Below, in pieces: positions 30,666 through 39,651 of a DNA stretch of 64,000 bases. The notes beneath the pieces were generated by a model. The model was given only the letters and a program-made list of their open reading frames with translations. It made no database searches and was not told where the DNA came from. The DNA lies in IMG/VR virus record IMGVR_UViG_3300043418_000072, positions 248,001 to 312,000 of that record. The stretch is one strand, 5' to 3'. The translations under genes and the position numbers were made by a program. Every line of letters begins with the position of its first letter. Position 1 is the stretch's first letter.

Positions 30666-31421
30666 ATGAAAATTGTAATTGTAACCGGTGGGTTTGATCC
30701 TATCCATAGTGGGCATATTGCCTATCTTAAAGCAGCAAGTCAACTCGGCGATATCTTAGTCGTTGGACTAAACAGTGACGATTGGCTACAACGTAAAAAG
30801 GGTGCAGCATTTATGCCTTGGGACGAACGGTATGCTATTGTAAGCAAGATCAAGTATGTTAATCAAACCACTTATTGGGATGACAGCGACGGTAGTGCCA
30901 TTAAGTTGCTAGAAGAGTTTAAAGCACAATATCCTAACGATGAAATCATCTTTGCCAATGGTGGAGATAGAACACAAGACAACATTCCCGAAATGTCAGT
31001 TACCGGTGTAGAGTTTGTGTTTGGTGTTGGTGGTGAGAATAAGGCCAACAGTTCAAGCTGGATTCTACAAGAATGGAAAGCACCTAAAACTGAACGCCCA
31101 TGGGGTTACTACCGAGTCCTGCATGATGTACCGGGTACCAAGGTTAAAGAACTAACCATCAATCCAGGGCAAAGTCTCAGTCTACAAAGGCATCAGCACC
31201 GTGCAGAATATTGGCACGTTAGCGAAGGACAATGTATTGCCGAGCAGCAAATGGAAAATGGATACCATATGCCAGCTCAACAATTAAGCGAACACATGAG
31301 TATCCATATACCCAAAGACGGATGGCATCAATTGCACAATCCGTTTACTGCACCGTGTCGCATTGTAGAGATACAATACGGCAAACACTGCACCGAAGAA
31401 GATATTGAGCGTAGAGATTAA
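30666..31421 (+). CDS. Cytidylyltransferase fused to mannose-6-phosphate isomerase-type cupin
   Basis: GGFDPIHSGH, FANGGDR; RPWG..SLSLQRHQHRAEYW..EIQYG..EEDIER. Confidence 0.85.
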   Translation: MKIVIVTGGFDPIHSGHIAYLKAASQLGDILVVGLNSDDWLQRKKGAAFMPWDERYAIVSKIKYVNQTTYWDDSDGSAIKLLEEFKAQYPNDEIIFANGGDRTQDNIPEMSVTGVEFVFGVGGENKANSSSWILQEWKAPKTERPWGYYRVLHDVPGTKVKELTINPGQSLSLQRHQHRAEYWHVSEGQCIAEQQMENGYHMPAQQLSEHMSIHIPKDGWHQLHNPFTAPCRIVEIQYGKHCTEEDIERRD

Positions 31422-31579
31422 TCTTGGTCGTCGGCTGTGATCTTTTGACCCAGCTGCGATTTAAGAGATCGCATCAGCTTGCGTTCAGTATCGTACACAA
31501 ATTCTTTTGTTTCGTCTTCGGTATGCACGATAAGGATAAAGCCGTTTGCTGCTTTGCGGATTTCAATTGATTCAAACAT
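31418..31579 (-). CDS. Small hypothetical protein
   Basis: MFESIEIRKAANGFIL; downstream of a promoter. Confidence 0.55.
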   Translation of the reverse strand: MFESIEIRKAANGFILIVHTEDETKEFVYDTERKLMRSLKSQLGQKITADDQD

Positions 31580-31610
31580 TAAAGTATTCCATTGGGTTAG
31601 TTGAACTACT

Positions 31611-31639
31611 ATTATAGCAGAGCATGAAAGTATAGTCAA
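31611..31639 (-). promoter_or_regulatory. sigma70-type promoter
   Basis: TTGACT-17-TATAAT. Confidence 0.65.
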
Positions 31640-31640
31640 G

Positions 31641-31662
31641 AAAAAGCCCACCGAAGTGGGCT
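31641..31662 (-). terminator. Intrinsic terminator
   Basis: AGCCCAC-TTCG-GTGGGCT plus U tract. Confidence 0.75.
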
Positions 31663-31664
31663 AG

Positions 31665-32120
31665 TTATTCTTCAATTTGTGTAACTGTTATGCCCGAACT
31701 CCTTAGGAATTGGACTCCTGCATCATCGCGATAGTTTGCACCATAAAATACACGACGAATGCCTGACTGAAAAATGAGCTTGGCACAGTGGATACAAGGA
31801 CTGTGAGTAACAAATAAGTCAGCCCCGTTGCCAACGTTAGGAGACTTCGCCAGTTTTGCAATAGCGTTTGATTCAGCATGTAATACCTCAGGTCGTGTTA
31901 CTAATCTAGTTGTATCTTCTTCAATGGCATAGGTTTGTTTGTTAACAACCTTGGGATGTTCTTCACAGTTGTTATCCCATCCCGCCGGCATGCCATTGTA
32001 TCCGTAAATAACCACATCGTCTTTGACAATAACTGCCCCTACCTTGAGCCTACGTGCATGACTTAGTTCAGCTGCACGATGTGCCCAGTCCATATATAGT
32101 TGTTGATATTTTGTTTTCAT
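31665..32120 (-). CDS. dCMP deaminase
   Basis: GYNG, HAESNAI, PCIHC. Confidence 0.9.
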   Translation of the reverse strand: MKTKYQQLYMDWAHRAAELSHARRLKVGAVIVKDDVVIYGYNGMPAGWDNNCEEHPKVVNKQTYAIEEDTTRLVTRPEVLHAESNAIAKLAKSPNVGNGADLFVTHSPCIHCAKLIFQSGIRRVFYGANYRDDAGVQFLRSSGITVTQIEE

Positions 32121-32155
32121 AAATGGCAAACCCCGCACAAGGCGGGGTAATGTTA

Positions 32156-32229
32156 TGGAGCGGGATAGCGGAATCGAACCGCTGACTTGAACTTGGAAGG
32201 ATCTCGTTTTACCATTAAACTAATCCCGC
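32156..32229 (-). tRNA. tRNA-Gly(TCC)
   Basis: Cloverleaf with CCA; loop CT-TCC-AA. Confidence 0.9.
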
Positions 32230-32237
32230 ATTTCCTT

Positions 32238-32312
32238 TGGTACCTTGTGACGGTTTCGAACCGCCGACCCTCTCCGTGTAAAGGAGACGCTCTACCCCTG
32301 AGCTAACAAGGC
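32238..32312 (-). tRNA. tRNA-Val(TAC)
   Basis: Cloverleaf with CCA. Confidence 0.9.
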
Positions 32313-32318
32313 ATGTAT

Positions 32319-32393
32319 TGGTTGCAAAGGCCGGAATCGAACCAACTGTCTCCAGGTTATGAGCCTGGTGAGATACCATTTCTCTACTCTGCT
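32319..32393 (-). tRNA. tRNA-Met(CAT), initiator-like
   Basis: 1:72 mismatch, CTCATAA loop, CCA. Confidence 0.8.
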
Positions 32394-32400
32394 TCAATAT

Positions 32401-32967
32401 TTATACCAGTTGCTCTGCTTGTAGCAAAGAAACTGTGTCTGCATCCAACTCAATTGATGTCTGAACATTGAGTTCCAACACCCGATCGTTGATGCTTTGT
32501 TTTTGTTTCTTCAGGTCACGCATTTCTGCTTTGTAACCTTCAATCTGGCCTGCTTCAAGCACGCCAGTATCAACTGTGTCGTTGTAACCGTAAATGCGGC
32601 TATTTTTGTCCTGTGTACGAAGCTTCTCTAGCTTGCCTTCAATGACTTCTGTAGCTTCAACTACCTTGCTTTCAGTTAGGCCTTTCAAGAAGCCCAGACG
32701 CTTGTCAATGAATGCTGCGTCTGTCAGCAAGTCTGCAACACCAGCTTCTGTGTTGGCGCGACCAACCTTTGCACGGATGCCGTACAATGCTCGAGTCAAC
32801 TGTGTGCGCTTGGCATCATTGCGGACCAGTGCGTCACGTGCTGTAGTCAGCACCGAAGTGGTGCTTTGGAACTCGTTAAGGGAAACTGTCAATGCGATGT
32901 CGATCGTCTTGATGTGTTCCTGGATTGTGTTTTGTAGGGCGTTTGCTTTGCGAAGTGTAAATTTCAT
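32401..32967 (-). CDS. Coiled-coil protein, DIP1984/DUF6847-like
   Basis: MKFTLRKANALQ... helical pattern ending LELNVQTSI; family recalled from memory. Confidence 0.55.
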   Translation of the reverse strand: MKFTLRKANALQNTIQEHIKTIDIALTVSLNEFQSTTSVLTTARDALVRNDAKRTQLTRALYGIRAKVGRANTEAGVADLLTDAAFIDKRLGFLKGLTESKVVEATEVIEGKLEKLRTQDKNSRIYGYNDTVDTGVLEAGQIEGYKAEMRDLKKQKQSINDRVLELNVQTSIELDADTVSLLQAEQLV

Positions 32968-33002
32968 AATCGAGTTCCTTTCTGTTTGAATTTAATAGGG
33001 GG

Positions 33003-33239
33003 GTAACGTATGGCAAGTCAATTGCGGGACAATGTGCAATGTACATTAGATAGAGTCGATTTTCAAGGCAACCTTTTTCTAAAGCAAAATACAACAAGCA
33101 GAGGATACCAATATTGCCGAGCATCAATAAACAAGCAACTTAATGCCATTTCATCTCGGAGCACTGGATCACGATTGTATATTCCAGTAAGCGTTTCAAG
33201 TGCTAACTAGATGTGCAATCTCTCATCTCCACACGCTAC
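33003..33239 (-). ncRNA. Putative ~237-nt structured RNA upstream of the DIP1984-like gene
   Basis: Ends form an 11-bp helix GUAGCGUGUGG/CCAUACGUUAC with two G-U pairs; U-rich interior. Confidence 0.5.
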
Positions 33240-33265
33240 AGCTAGTTTTGAGAAACTAGCAAAAA

Positions 33266-33341
33266 TGGAGGACGGTGTAGGAGTTTAACCTACCTTATAC
33301 CGAGTTTGCAATCCGGCGCATAAACGCTCTGCCAACCGTCC
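33266..33341 (-). tRNA. tRNA-Cys(GCA)
   Basis: U73, CCA, atypical T-loop TTAAACT. Confidence 0.8.
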
Positions 33342-33347
33342 ATAAAT

Positions 33348-33434
33348 CTTATATGTAAACACACTAACACGGCTACCACACCTTACGATGCCCTGTGACC
33401 GCACTCCAGGTTAGATAATGTGTTTGCATATAAG
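33348..33434 (-). ncRNA. Stem-closed small RNA (TATATG..ACACA terminal duplex)
   Basis: ~16-bp terminal inverted repeat, nearly identical to that at 51285-51367. Confidence 0.45.
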
Positions 33435-34336
33435 TGGAGGACTGAGAATACATCTCTCCCAACAACACCTCGGACATTATTACGATCCTTGCGAGACCGC
33501 TTTCTTCCGACTTCCACTAAACCCTACTTGCATAGTAGTCTAGTCTGCTGTCAGCATCGCCGTTTTTAAAGACAGGCAGTAGTCTTGTCGCCATATGCTA
33601 TTCTACGCTTTCTATCCCGTTGACCTTTAGAGCCATTCACCACCGCTAAGTAGCTACGAAACTTCCTGCATAAACAGATTTCACCTTGCGAGTTACGTCT
33701 GACTTAGTTAGCTTGCGCCCTAAGTATTAGATGCTTTTCACATATGACCGAGTCAGTCTTTGCGTTTTGTAATGATAGCGGGAATTGAACCCGCCGCATT
33801 CTGTTTAAGAGACAGACGTTCTACCAATGAACTATATCAACCTACTGCGATGTGCTGACTCAGTTGCTGCATACTCTTTTGGAATACACAATACAACACA
33901 CCACGTACCTTTTGCCTTGCGAGCTACTCAGTCGTCTTTTGCGACCAATGTTCGTATTACTACGTCCACCAACCACTAAAACTGCATACGAGCTCTTAGG
34001 TGCAACCCTTCGAACCAATACACTACCCTTTCTCATACCAATTAACAAAGTTGGTTTCGCATAGAAGTCAGCACCACCTGTTACTTTCCATCTACTCAAG
34101 TTCCCCTTGATGCAATCTCAGGCTTGTAAGCAAACGTTCTTCCCTATGCACTTTGCGTCACTGTTACAACCACCCGTCGCTGAGTGATCGCTCCCTCACA
34201 GGAGTGAGCAGGCTTGTCTAAACGAACTATTGCTAGCGGAGTTATGTAGGCATACCTCCTTTGGCTGTGTCACCACAGTTATTCTTCGCATCAAGCTGGG
34301 CGAACCATACTCTTTGCAGGACATTAAACTGCCCCA
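33435..34336 (-). ncRNA. Probable GOLLD large ncRNA with embedded tRNA
   Basis: ~900 nt without a credible ORF inside a phage tRNA island; several GCAA-capped hairpins; 3' TGTATTCTCAG end recalled from GOLLD; internal tRNA. Confidence 0.7.
33770..33841 (-). tRNA. tRNA-Lys(CTT) embedded in GOLLD, no CCA
   Basis: Normal D, anticodon and T arms; weak acceptor terminus; no encoded CCA. Confidence 0.7.
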
Positions 34337-34338
34337 AA

Positions 34339-34451
34339 TTCTTATACAACTGCACACTCACAGGATTCGAACCTGCGACCCGGGCAATAGCCCGAGCTAT
34401 GATCCAACCATATCAGCGTGGCCTACGCCTTTATGTGCATGTGTATAAGAA
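34339..34451 (-). ncRNA. tRNA mimic on long stem (anticodon loop replaced by tetraloop)
   Basis: D arm TATG/CATA, CGGGC-TATT-GCCCG, T arm GCAGG-TTCGAAT-CCTGT, terminal stem TTCTTATAC/GTATAAGAA. Confidence 0.55.
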
Positions 34452-34468
34452 CTTCTTATACGTATCTA

Positions 34469-34479
34469 TTTTAAAGAAC
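34469..34479 (-). promoter_or_regulatory. boxA-like antitermination element
   Basis: GTTCTTTAAAA about 30 nt downstream of the promoter. Confidence 0.55.
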
Positions 34480-34512
34480 TTGCTTGTTAGCACTATCACT
34501 AACTAAGCTGCT

Positions 34513-34541
34513 ATTGTAGCAAACTTTTCATTTGCTGTCAA
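34513..34541 (-). promoter_or_regulatory. sigma70 promoter for the GOLLD unit
   Basis: TTGACA-17-TACAAT. Confidence 0.75.
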
Positions 34542-34554
34542 CAGTTATTTAGAA

Positions 34555-34840
34555 ATTTATTTTGATGCCTCTTTCGCCTGCTTACAAGGCTACGGGTAAG
34601 ACTTGCGTCTTTTGGTTGACCCTCATGCAACCAGCGGAGCGTTACTCTACTTTATTGCAATCCTTCTTCCTGCGTATTGCTACGTGGAATAGATCGTTTC
34701 TAACTCATAGGTGTTAGACGCCACTGTAGTCTCTTACAAACTACACAAGAGTGCCCAGCTTTCTTTCTGGACCAAATTTTCAACAAGACTCACGCAACCT
34801 AATAGCGTGGTAGGCCTGTTTACTTTACATCAAAACAAAT
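34555..34840 (-). ncRNA. Unidentified ~285-nt structured RNA
   Basis: Closing stem TTTGATG/CATCAAA, two GCAA tetraloop hairpins, own promoter and boxA, no ORF. Confidence 0.55.
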
Positions 34841-34851
34841 TTTTAAAGAAC
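34841..34851 (-). promoter_or_regulatory. boxA-like element
   Basis: GTTCTTTAAAA, same as 34469-34479. Confidence 0.55.
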
Positions 34852-34877
34852 GTTTGTTAATTGCTTAACATGTATCT

Positions 34878-34906
34878 ATTATAACAAGAGTTTCATTAAG
34901 TGTCAA
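34878..34906 (-). promoter_or_regulatory. Consensus sigma70 promoter
   Basis: TTGACA-17-TATAAT. Confidence 0.8.
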
Positions 34907-34935
34907 GTACTTTTAGAAAAACTTAAAATAATAAA

Positions 34936-35019
34936 TGGTGCGTAAGGAGAGACTCGAACTCTCAATCCTCGCGGCGCTGGCTTCTAAGACCAGAGTGTAT
35001 ACCATTCCACCACTTACGC
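34936..35019 (-). tRNA. tRNA-Leu(TAG), long variable arm
   Basis: Cloverleaf with CCA. Confidence 0.9.
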
Positions 35020-35030
35020 ATTGTGATAAA

Positions 35031-36206
35031 TTACTTATCATCTAAGCTGTTATTATAAACAAATTTGACTTGCTTGTCAACTATGTGTTTATCCATAATA
35101 GCTTCAAAATCTTTTGGGTCTTGTGCTTTTGGGGCACAGTAACCGCATATACATCTTGTTCTAGCACATTGTATAACAGGCATGGCTTTGTTGTCAATGT
35201 TTTTCTGCACTTGTTCTAGTATAAGATTACCATTTGACAAATTACCAATTGGACCAACTGTGCCGTTAAAGCGCATACGGCAATCCTTGTTTGTGTACAC
35301 ATCGCCATTGATCTGTTTAATGTACAAGAAGTACCAATTAACACTACAACTCCATCCCATGAAATCTGCATGTGGCACAAAGGCTGTTGGGTGTTGTAAG
35401 TCTTGGTTAGTGCATAGCTTTCGACCACCACAACAACCACGACCTACCTTACCCATGCCAACTGTGTCTGTTGACACTGCATCTAATGCCTTTGTTAGCG
35501 CATCTCTACTCTTAGCAGGGGTACGCGACTTGTAGTAATCTTGAAAGTAAATAAACTGTTCTTTGTTATATTGCCACTGTGGTGTAGGAGTGTCGTTTGC
35601 TTTAACTACATAGTCAACACTGTGTGTCTTGCAAAACTCGATAGCTTGTTGGCTAATATCCCACAAAACAGGATCGTTGTGCATCACAAACACCACCTTT
35701 TGGCGCCTGCCGATGGCCTTATTATAAAGTATGTTGTCTAGTACTTGCTGTCTCTGTTTAGGCAATGCACTGCTGTGAAAACTAACTGTAAACTCATCAA
35801 TTAAGTTTGCAACCTTTTCCCAAAGATTCTTGCCAGCCACTGCATTACTTGTGCATGTAACAGTTAATGGCCATTCGTATGTGTGTCTTGCACGAACCTG
35901 TTCAAGGATCTCAACAATGTCTGGATGAAAGATGCTTTCGCCGCCGTAGACATTAAGAACAACCATGCGCTGCCATTTAGGCTTTAGCTGCATGTACTTG
36001 TCTGCATAAGCAAACATGAAGTCAATGGTCTTTAAGCATTCGTCTTTAGGAGGATGCGCTGTGCTATTGTCGTGGCCACCATACTCAATGCCAGTTGAGC
36101 AGTAGTCGCAATCCAAATTGCACTTCATTGTCAATTCCCAGTCCAACAAAAATGTGGGACGGTTAACTGGATCGATTGCAGGCTCAATTGAGATAATTTT
36201 ATTCAT
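35031..36206 (-). CDS. Radical SAM enzyme with Cys-rich C-terminal domain
   Basis: CNLDCDYC, GGE, C-terminal CARTRCICGYC. Confidence 0.9.
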   Translation of the reverse strand: MNKIISIEPAIDPVNRPTFLLDWELTMKCNLDCDYCSTGIEYGGHDNSTAHPPKDECLKTIDFMFAYADKYMQLKPKWQRMVVLNVYGGESIFHPDIVEILEQVRARHTYEWPLTVTCTSNAVAGKNLWEKVANLIDEFTVSFHSSALPKQRQQVLDNILYNKAIGRRQKVVFVMHNDPVLWDISQQAIEFCKTHSVDYVVKANDTPTPQWQYNKEQFIYFQDYYKSRTPAKSRDALTKALDAVSTDTVGMGKVGRGCCGGRKLCTNQDLQHPTAFVPHADFMGWSCSVNWYFLYIKQINGDVYTNKDCRMRFNGTVGPIGNLSNGNLILEQVQKNIDNKAMPVIQCARTRCICGYCAPKAQDPKDFEAIMDKHIVDKQVKFVYNNSLDDK

Positions 36207-36795
36207 AAGTTAATACCAAATGATCTGCAAACCAATCTCTGCAATAGGCAAAGGGTTTACCAAATCTAAGGTTAAACCAAATTCGTTCGTTTGTATTTGA
36301 GATGCTGTGTAGTTGTTGGATATCAAGGATCCATCCTGTGTCTTTTACACTACGATAGGATTCGCAGATGTCTGCGTTTCTTGCGTAGGTAGTGCTGTCA
36401 CAATCAGCGAAGAAATAATTAAACCCAGTTTGCTGACTTTCGTGATCCTTATGCTCTGCACCATCGCCTACCATGTAGTTAATGCTAGCAAAAGTAGGAC
36501 CAAGCTCTGCAAGATCATCTAGCATCATTGGCAAAAAGCGCATGGTAGATTCAATTAGCTTGCCTGTTACTGAATACCATTCTGCACTACCATTAGTAAT
36601 GTGACTAACTGTGCCCGATGATCCTAGCTCATAGTGATATCCGTAATCACTGTATTTGTATTCCCTAGTAATACCAGTTGATTGACTCTTTACTAGATCA
36701 ATGCAGTGCTTTGCCACTTGAGCTGTTTTATCCCAGTTATTAACTATACGCACTGGGGTTTGAAACGTTAATGTATTCATAAAAGGGTTAGCCAT
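36199..36795 (-). CDS. Hypothetical protein, cupin/2OG-like
   Basis: HKD...WILDIQQLHSI...R; start uncertain (36795 or 36780). Confidence 0.55.
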   Translation of the reverse strand: MANPFMNTLTFQTPVRIVNNWDKTAQVAKHCIDLVKSQSTGITREYKYSDYGYHYELGSSGTVSHITNGSAEWYSVTGKLIESTMRFLPMMLDDLAELGPTFASINYMVGDGAEHKDHESQQTGFNYFFADCDSTTYARNADICESYRSVKDTGWILDIQQLHSISNTNERIWFNLRFGKPFAYCRDWFADHLVLTYE

Positions 36796-37104
36796 GTAAT
36801 TCTGTTTTTCAACCGCGGACCACTTGGTCCCCATTGATCAGATGGGCAACCATGATCTAGATCAAGCAGCATCTTGCGAATGCCTACCTAGACCACACGT
36901 TGTGGGCTCGAAACGGTTCTCAATTTTAAAATCGTTTTGTTGCCTCGGGGGTTCCCGATACTTAAACACAGGCCACTAATTGCAAGATTATTGATACTAC
37001 GCCTACCACTGGTAACAGAAAGCTGCCCTGCTCATGGCTAACTCTTTTATGAACAGTTTGTATTATACAGACTGCTAGTAGATAAGTCAATAAATATTGA
37101 ACAA

Positions 37105-38007
37105 ATGCTATACGGTTTTTCAAATAATAAATTTTACATTGACATCCCTGCTTGCACACGCACGGTGGGCAACATGCGTGAAGAAAGCGATCGCCATGCT
37201 CGAGATTTAGCTAGCCAATCCAATAAACTGTTGCTAACCATTAGCTCAGGAATTGACAGCCAAAGTGTGTTACATAGTTTTGTTACACAAGGCATACCAA
37301 TTGAAACTGCATTTATGTACCTTCCCGGATACAATGATCACGAATATCGCAATCTTCAGTTAGTCGACAAAAAGTACGGAATCAAAACTCGCATTGTAGA
37401 TCTTGATCCGCTAGCACTTGCTGATGAACTAATTGCCGAAGATGAAGCTACCGGCATCCATCGATTCTTTTTGCTTAGTAAACGGTTTATAAGTCTACTA
37501 CCGGACTCTGCAGATGTAGTGCAAATTATCCACGACCCACAAGTGTTAGTTAACAACGGCGTTCCGTACTATCACATGGGGCTCCACTATTGCGAAATCG
37601 AAAAGCCACGTGCATTTGAATTAGCAAAGCGATCTGGGCGCAACATCTTCTTTGGCGACACCACCGAATTCATGTATAGTTTTTTAAACGATCCGGTGTA
37701 CAGAGCTGTTGCAACGGCTGGCCAATTATACAATGCTAACGGACTATCTAAGCGTATGTTTAATGTCTATCGCGGAGACAACTGGGACTTTTATGTAAAG
37801 CCATTTATCTATGGTCAATACTGGAAGGACGAACTCATGTACTTCCCGAAGTATAACGGATCTGAACGTATGCCATTTATTCGTCGACCATTTGATACTG
37901 TATCTCATTCGCTAGCAATTCCATTTACAGAACTGCTAGACCATATGGGCAACATCGGGGGCGGAGTTAAACGTTACGCATCCGACCAACAAAATACGAA
38001 TGCTTAA
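37105..38007 (+). CDS. PP-loop (adenine nucleotide alpha-hydrolase-like) protein
   Basis: LLTISSGIDS motif; ends PKYNGSE like asparagine-synthase-like phage proteins. Confidence 0.65.
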   Translation: MLYGFSNNKFYIDIPACTRTVGNMREESDRHARDLASQSNKLLLTISSGIDSQSVLHSFVTQGIPIETAFMYLPGYNDHEYRNLQLVDKKYGIKTRIVDLDPLALADELIAEDEATGIHRFFLLSKRFISLLPDSADVVQIIHDPQVLVNNGVPYYHMGLHYCEIEKPRAFELAKRSGRNIFFGDTTEFMYSFLNDPVYRAVATAGQLYNANGLSKRMFNVYRGDNWDFYVKPFIYGQYWKDELMYFPKYNGSERMPFIRRPFDTVSHSLAIPFTELLDHMGNIGGGVKRYASDQQNTNA

Positions 38008-39115
38008 ACCCTTTTAGTCCGTCTGCGACACCGTTTTTGTATTCGATGTAGTCCCCGGCACTCTGTGCCACGTACTCAAGCCCACGTTTCCATTGTGTTA
38101 ACTCTCTAGACAAGGTGGGGTCGTTGTGGAACCATGCGTCAAACTCACTGTTCCAGTAACTAGTACCTTTGTCAGCTTGGAACCATGTGTCATCCCATGT
38201 AGTGTATAAGATATTGCGTAAAAATCTTTCGTGGTACAAGCGAACCATTTCTTTAGTTACGTTGCGCCACATACGTTGTCTCACAGGATTGGCTTCTAGC
38301 CAATGTTTAACCACGTGTGCTTGCTTGCAAATTAGTGGTGCCGTGTCCTTGGACCAGTAGAACAACTCTGTTTTAATATTCGAGTATTCTGTGTTAAAGT
38401 CATTGACACTTGCAATATTAGCAGTCGCATCTGTGAAGTATAACACAAACTCATCATTTGGCGAAATTACTGTTCGTGGCTTATCTACCCCGACGATGAT
38501 TGCAACCTTCTTGTCTTTATCAAATTGCTTTTTCAATTCAGCAAAATGAAAATAATTGTATCTAAACAGTTGCCCAATTGACAGATAATCATTGCGCTCG
38601 TGTACCCATTCAACATCGTCGAACTGGCTCATTGAATTCAAGACTACGTCACTTACATCCAGGACTGTAATCTTAGTTTTAGGCAACTTATCATAAATGT
38701 ATTGCAAACGTGGAATCGCTTGCAGTTGATGTTCTGCTGCAAAGTTAGAAGCTAACTTGTTACTAGGATCGATGATTGTGAATTTTTCAGTTGCTTTAGT
38801 AATGTGATTAGTAACAATCTCATCTATGTGCAGATCCTGCCTAATAAAACTTTCAAGAATATTATTTGTATCCGAGCCGCCGCTGTAGCTGAGAATCAAG
38901 TAGTCGTACTGTTCGCGAAGTTGTCTAGCTCGGGCGTCGTAGAGTTCGTCTAGTGTCTGCTCTGGCTCAATTTGCCACGGATATGCTGAGTACACATCGT
39001 TGTGAAACATCCATTCAACTGGCTTGTTAACTGTCTGGGAATATATGCAAGCATTAACCTTTGAGGAAAACTCTATCCCATTGCAGGTGTAATAGCTTAG
39101 ATCTTTATCTATCAT
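37967..39115 (-). CDS. PP-loop ATPase family protein (paralog 1)
   Basis: ILSYSGGSDT, GVDKP. Confidence 0.75.
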   Translation of the reverse strand: MIDKDLSYYTCNGIEFSSKVNACIYSQTVNKPVEWMFHNDVYSAYPWQIEPEQTLDELYDARARQLREQYDYLILSYSGGSDTNNILESFIRQDLHIDEIVTNHITKATEKFTIIDPSNKLASNFAAEHQLQAIPRLQYIYDKLPKTKITVLDVSDVVLNSMSQFDDVEWVHERNDYLSIGQLFRYNYFHFAELKKQFDKDKKVAIIVGVDKPRTVISPNDEFVLYFTDATANIASVNDFNTEYSNIKTELFYWSKDTAPLICKQAHVVKHWLEANPVRQRMWRNVTKEMVRLYHERFLRNILYTTWDDTWFQADKGTSYWNSEFDAWFHNDPTLSRELTQWKRGLEYVAQSAGDYIEYKNGVADGLKGFKHSYFVGRMRNV

Positions 39116-39128
39116 TTATGTACTTATG

Positions 39129-39203
39129 TGGCCGGTCTTGAGAGGATCGAACTCCCACCCTCTGTTTCGAAGACAGAGATGATATCCATTTCACCAAAGA
39201 CCG
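39129..39203 (-). tRNA. tRNA-Arg(TCG)
   Basis: Cloverleaf with CCA. Confidence 0.85.
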
Positions 39204-39207
39204 AAAT

Positions 39208-39284
39208 TGGCGACCCCCGAGGGATTCGAACCCCCAACACTCGGATTTGGAATCCGATGTTCTGCCAATTGGAACTAGAGAGCC
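39208..39284 (-). tRNA. tRNA-Trp(CCA) with U11-A24
   Basis: D stem GTTC/GAAC; loop TT-CCA-AA. Confidence 0.9.
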
Positions 39285-39289
39285 ATTTA

Positions 39290-39365
39290 TGGAGCGGATG
39301 ATCGGGTTCGAACCGACGACCTCGACGTTGGCAACGTTGTGCTCTACCAGCTGAGCTACATCCGC
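39290..39365 (-). tRNA. tRNA-Gly(GCC)
   Basis: Canonical cloverleaf. Confidence 0.9.
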
Positions 39366-39383
39366 ATTATACTTACTTATCAC

Positions 39384-39471
39384 TGGCGGAGCGTGTAGGA
39401 ATCGAACCTACTCACCTCTTTCGAAATGACGGCTTAGCAAGCCGCTGCCTTAACCGGTCGGCCAACGCTCC
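39384..39471 (-). tRNA. tRNA-Ser(GCT)
   Basis: Long variable arm, G73, CCA. Confidence 0.9.
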
Positions 39472-39477
39472 GTATTC

Positions 39478-39618
39478 TTATCTAGTGAAAAACCTTACTA
39501 GACGGATCCAGTAATATCTAACACCTCTAAACTCTGGAATCCAACTTAGGTCTATTGGATTCACAACTTCTTTTGGAACGTTGCTGTATGCTTTTTCGAT
39601 AGTCTCTTTAGGCTTCAT
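39478..39618 (-). CDS. Small hypothetical protein (46 aa)
   Basis: MKPKETIEKAYSNVPKEV... (manual translation). Confidence 0.45.
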   Translation of the reverse strand: MKPKETIEKAYSNVPKEVVNPIDLSWIPEFRGVRYYWIRLVRFFTR

Positions 39619-39651
39619 TGCATCGTCCCTTCTGTGTATTATACACTATAG

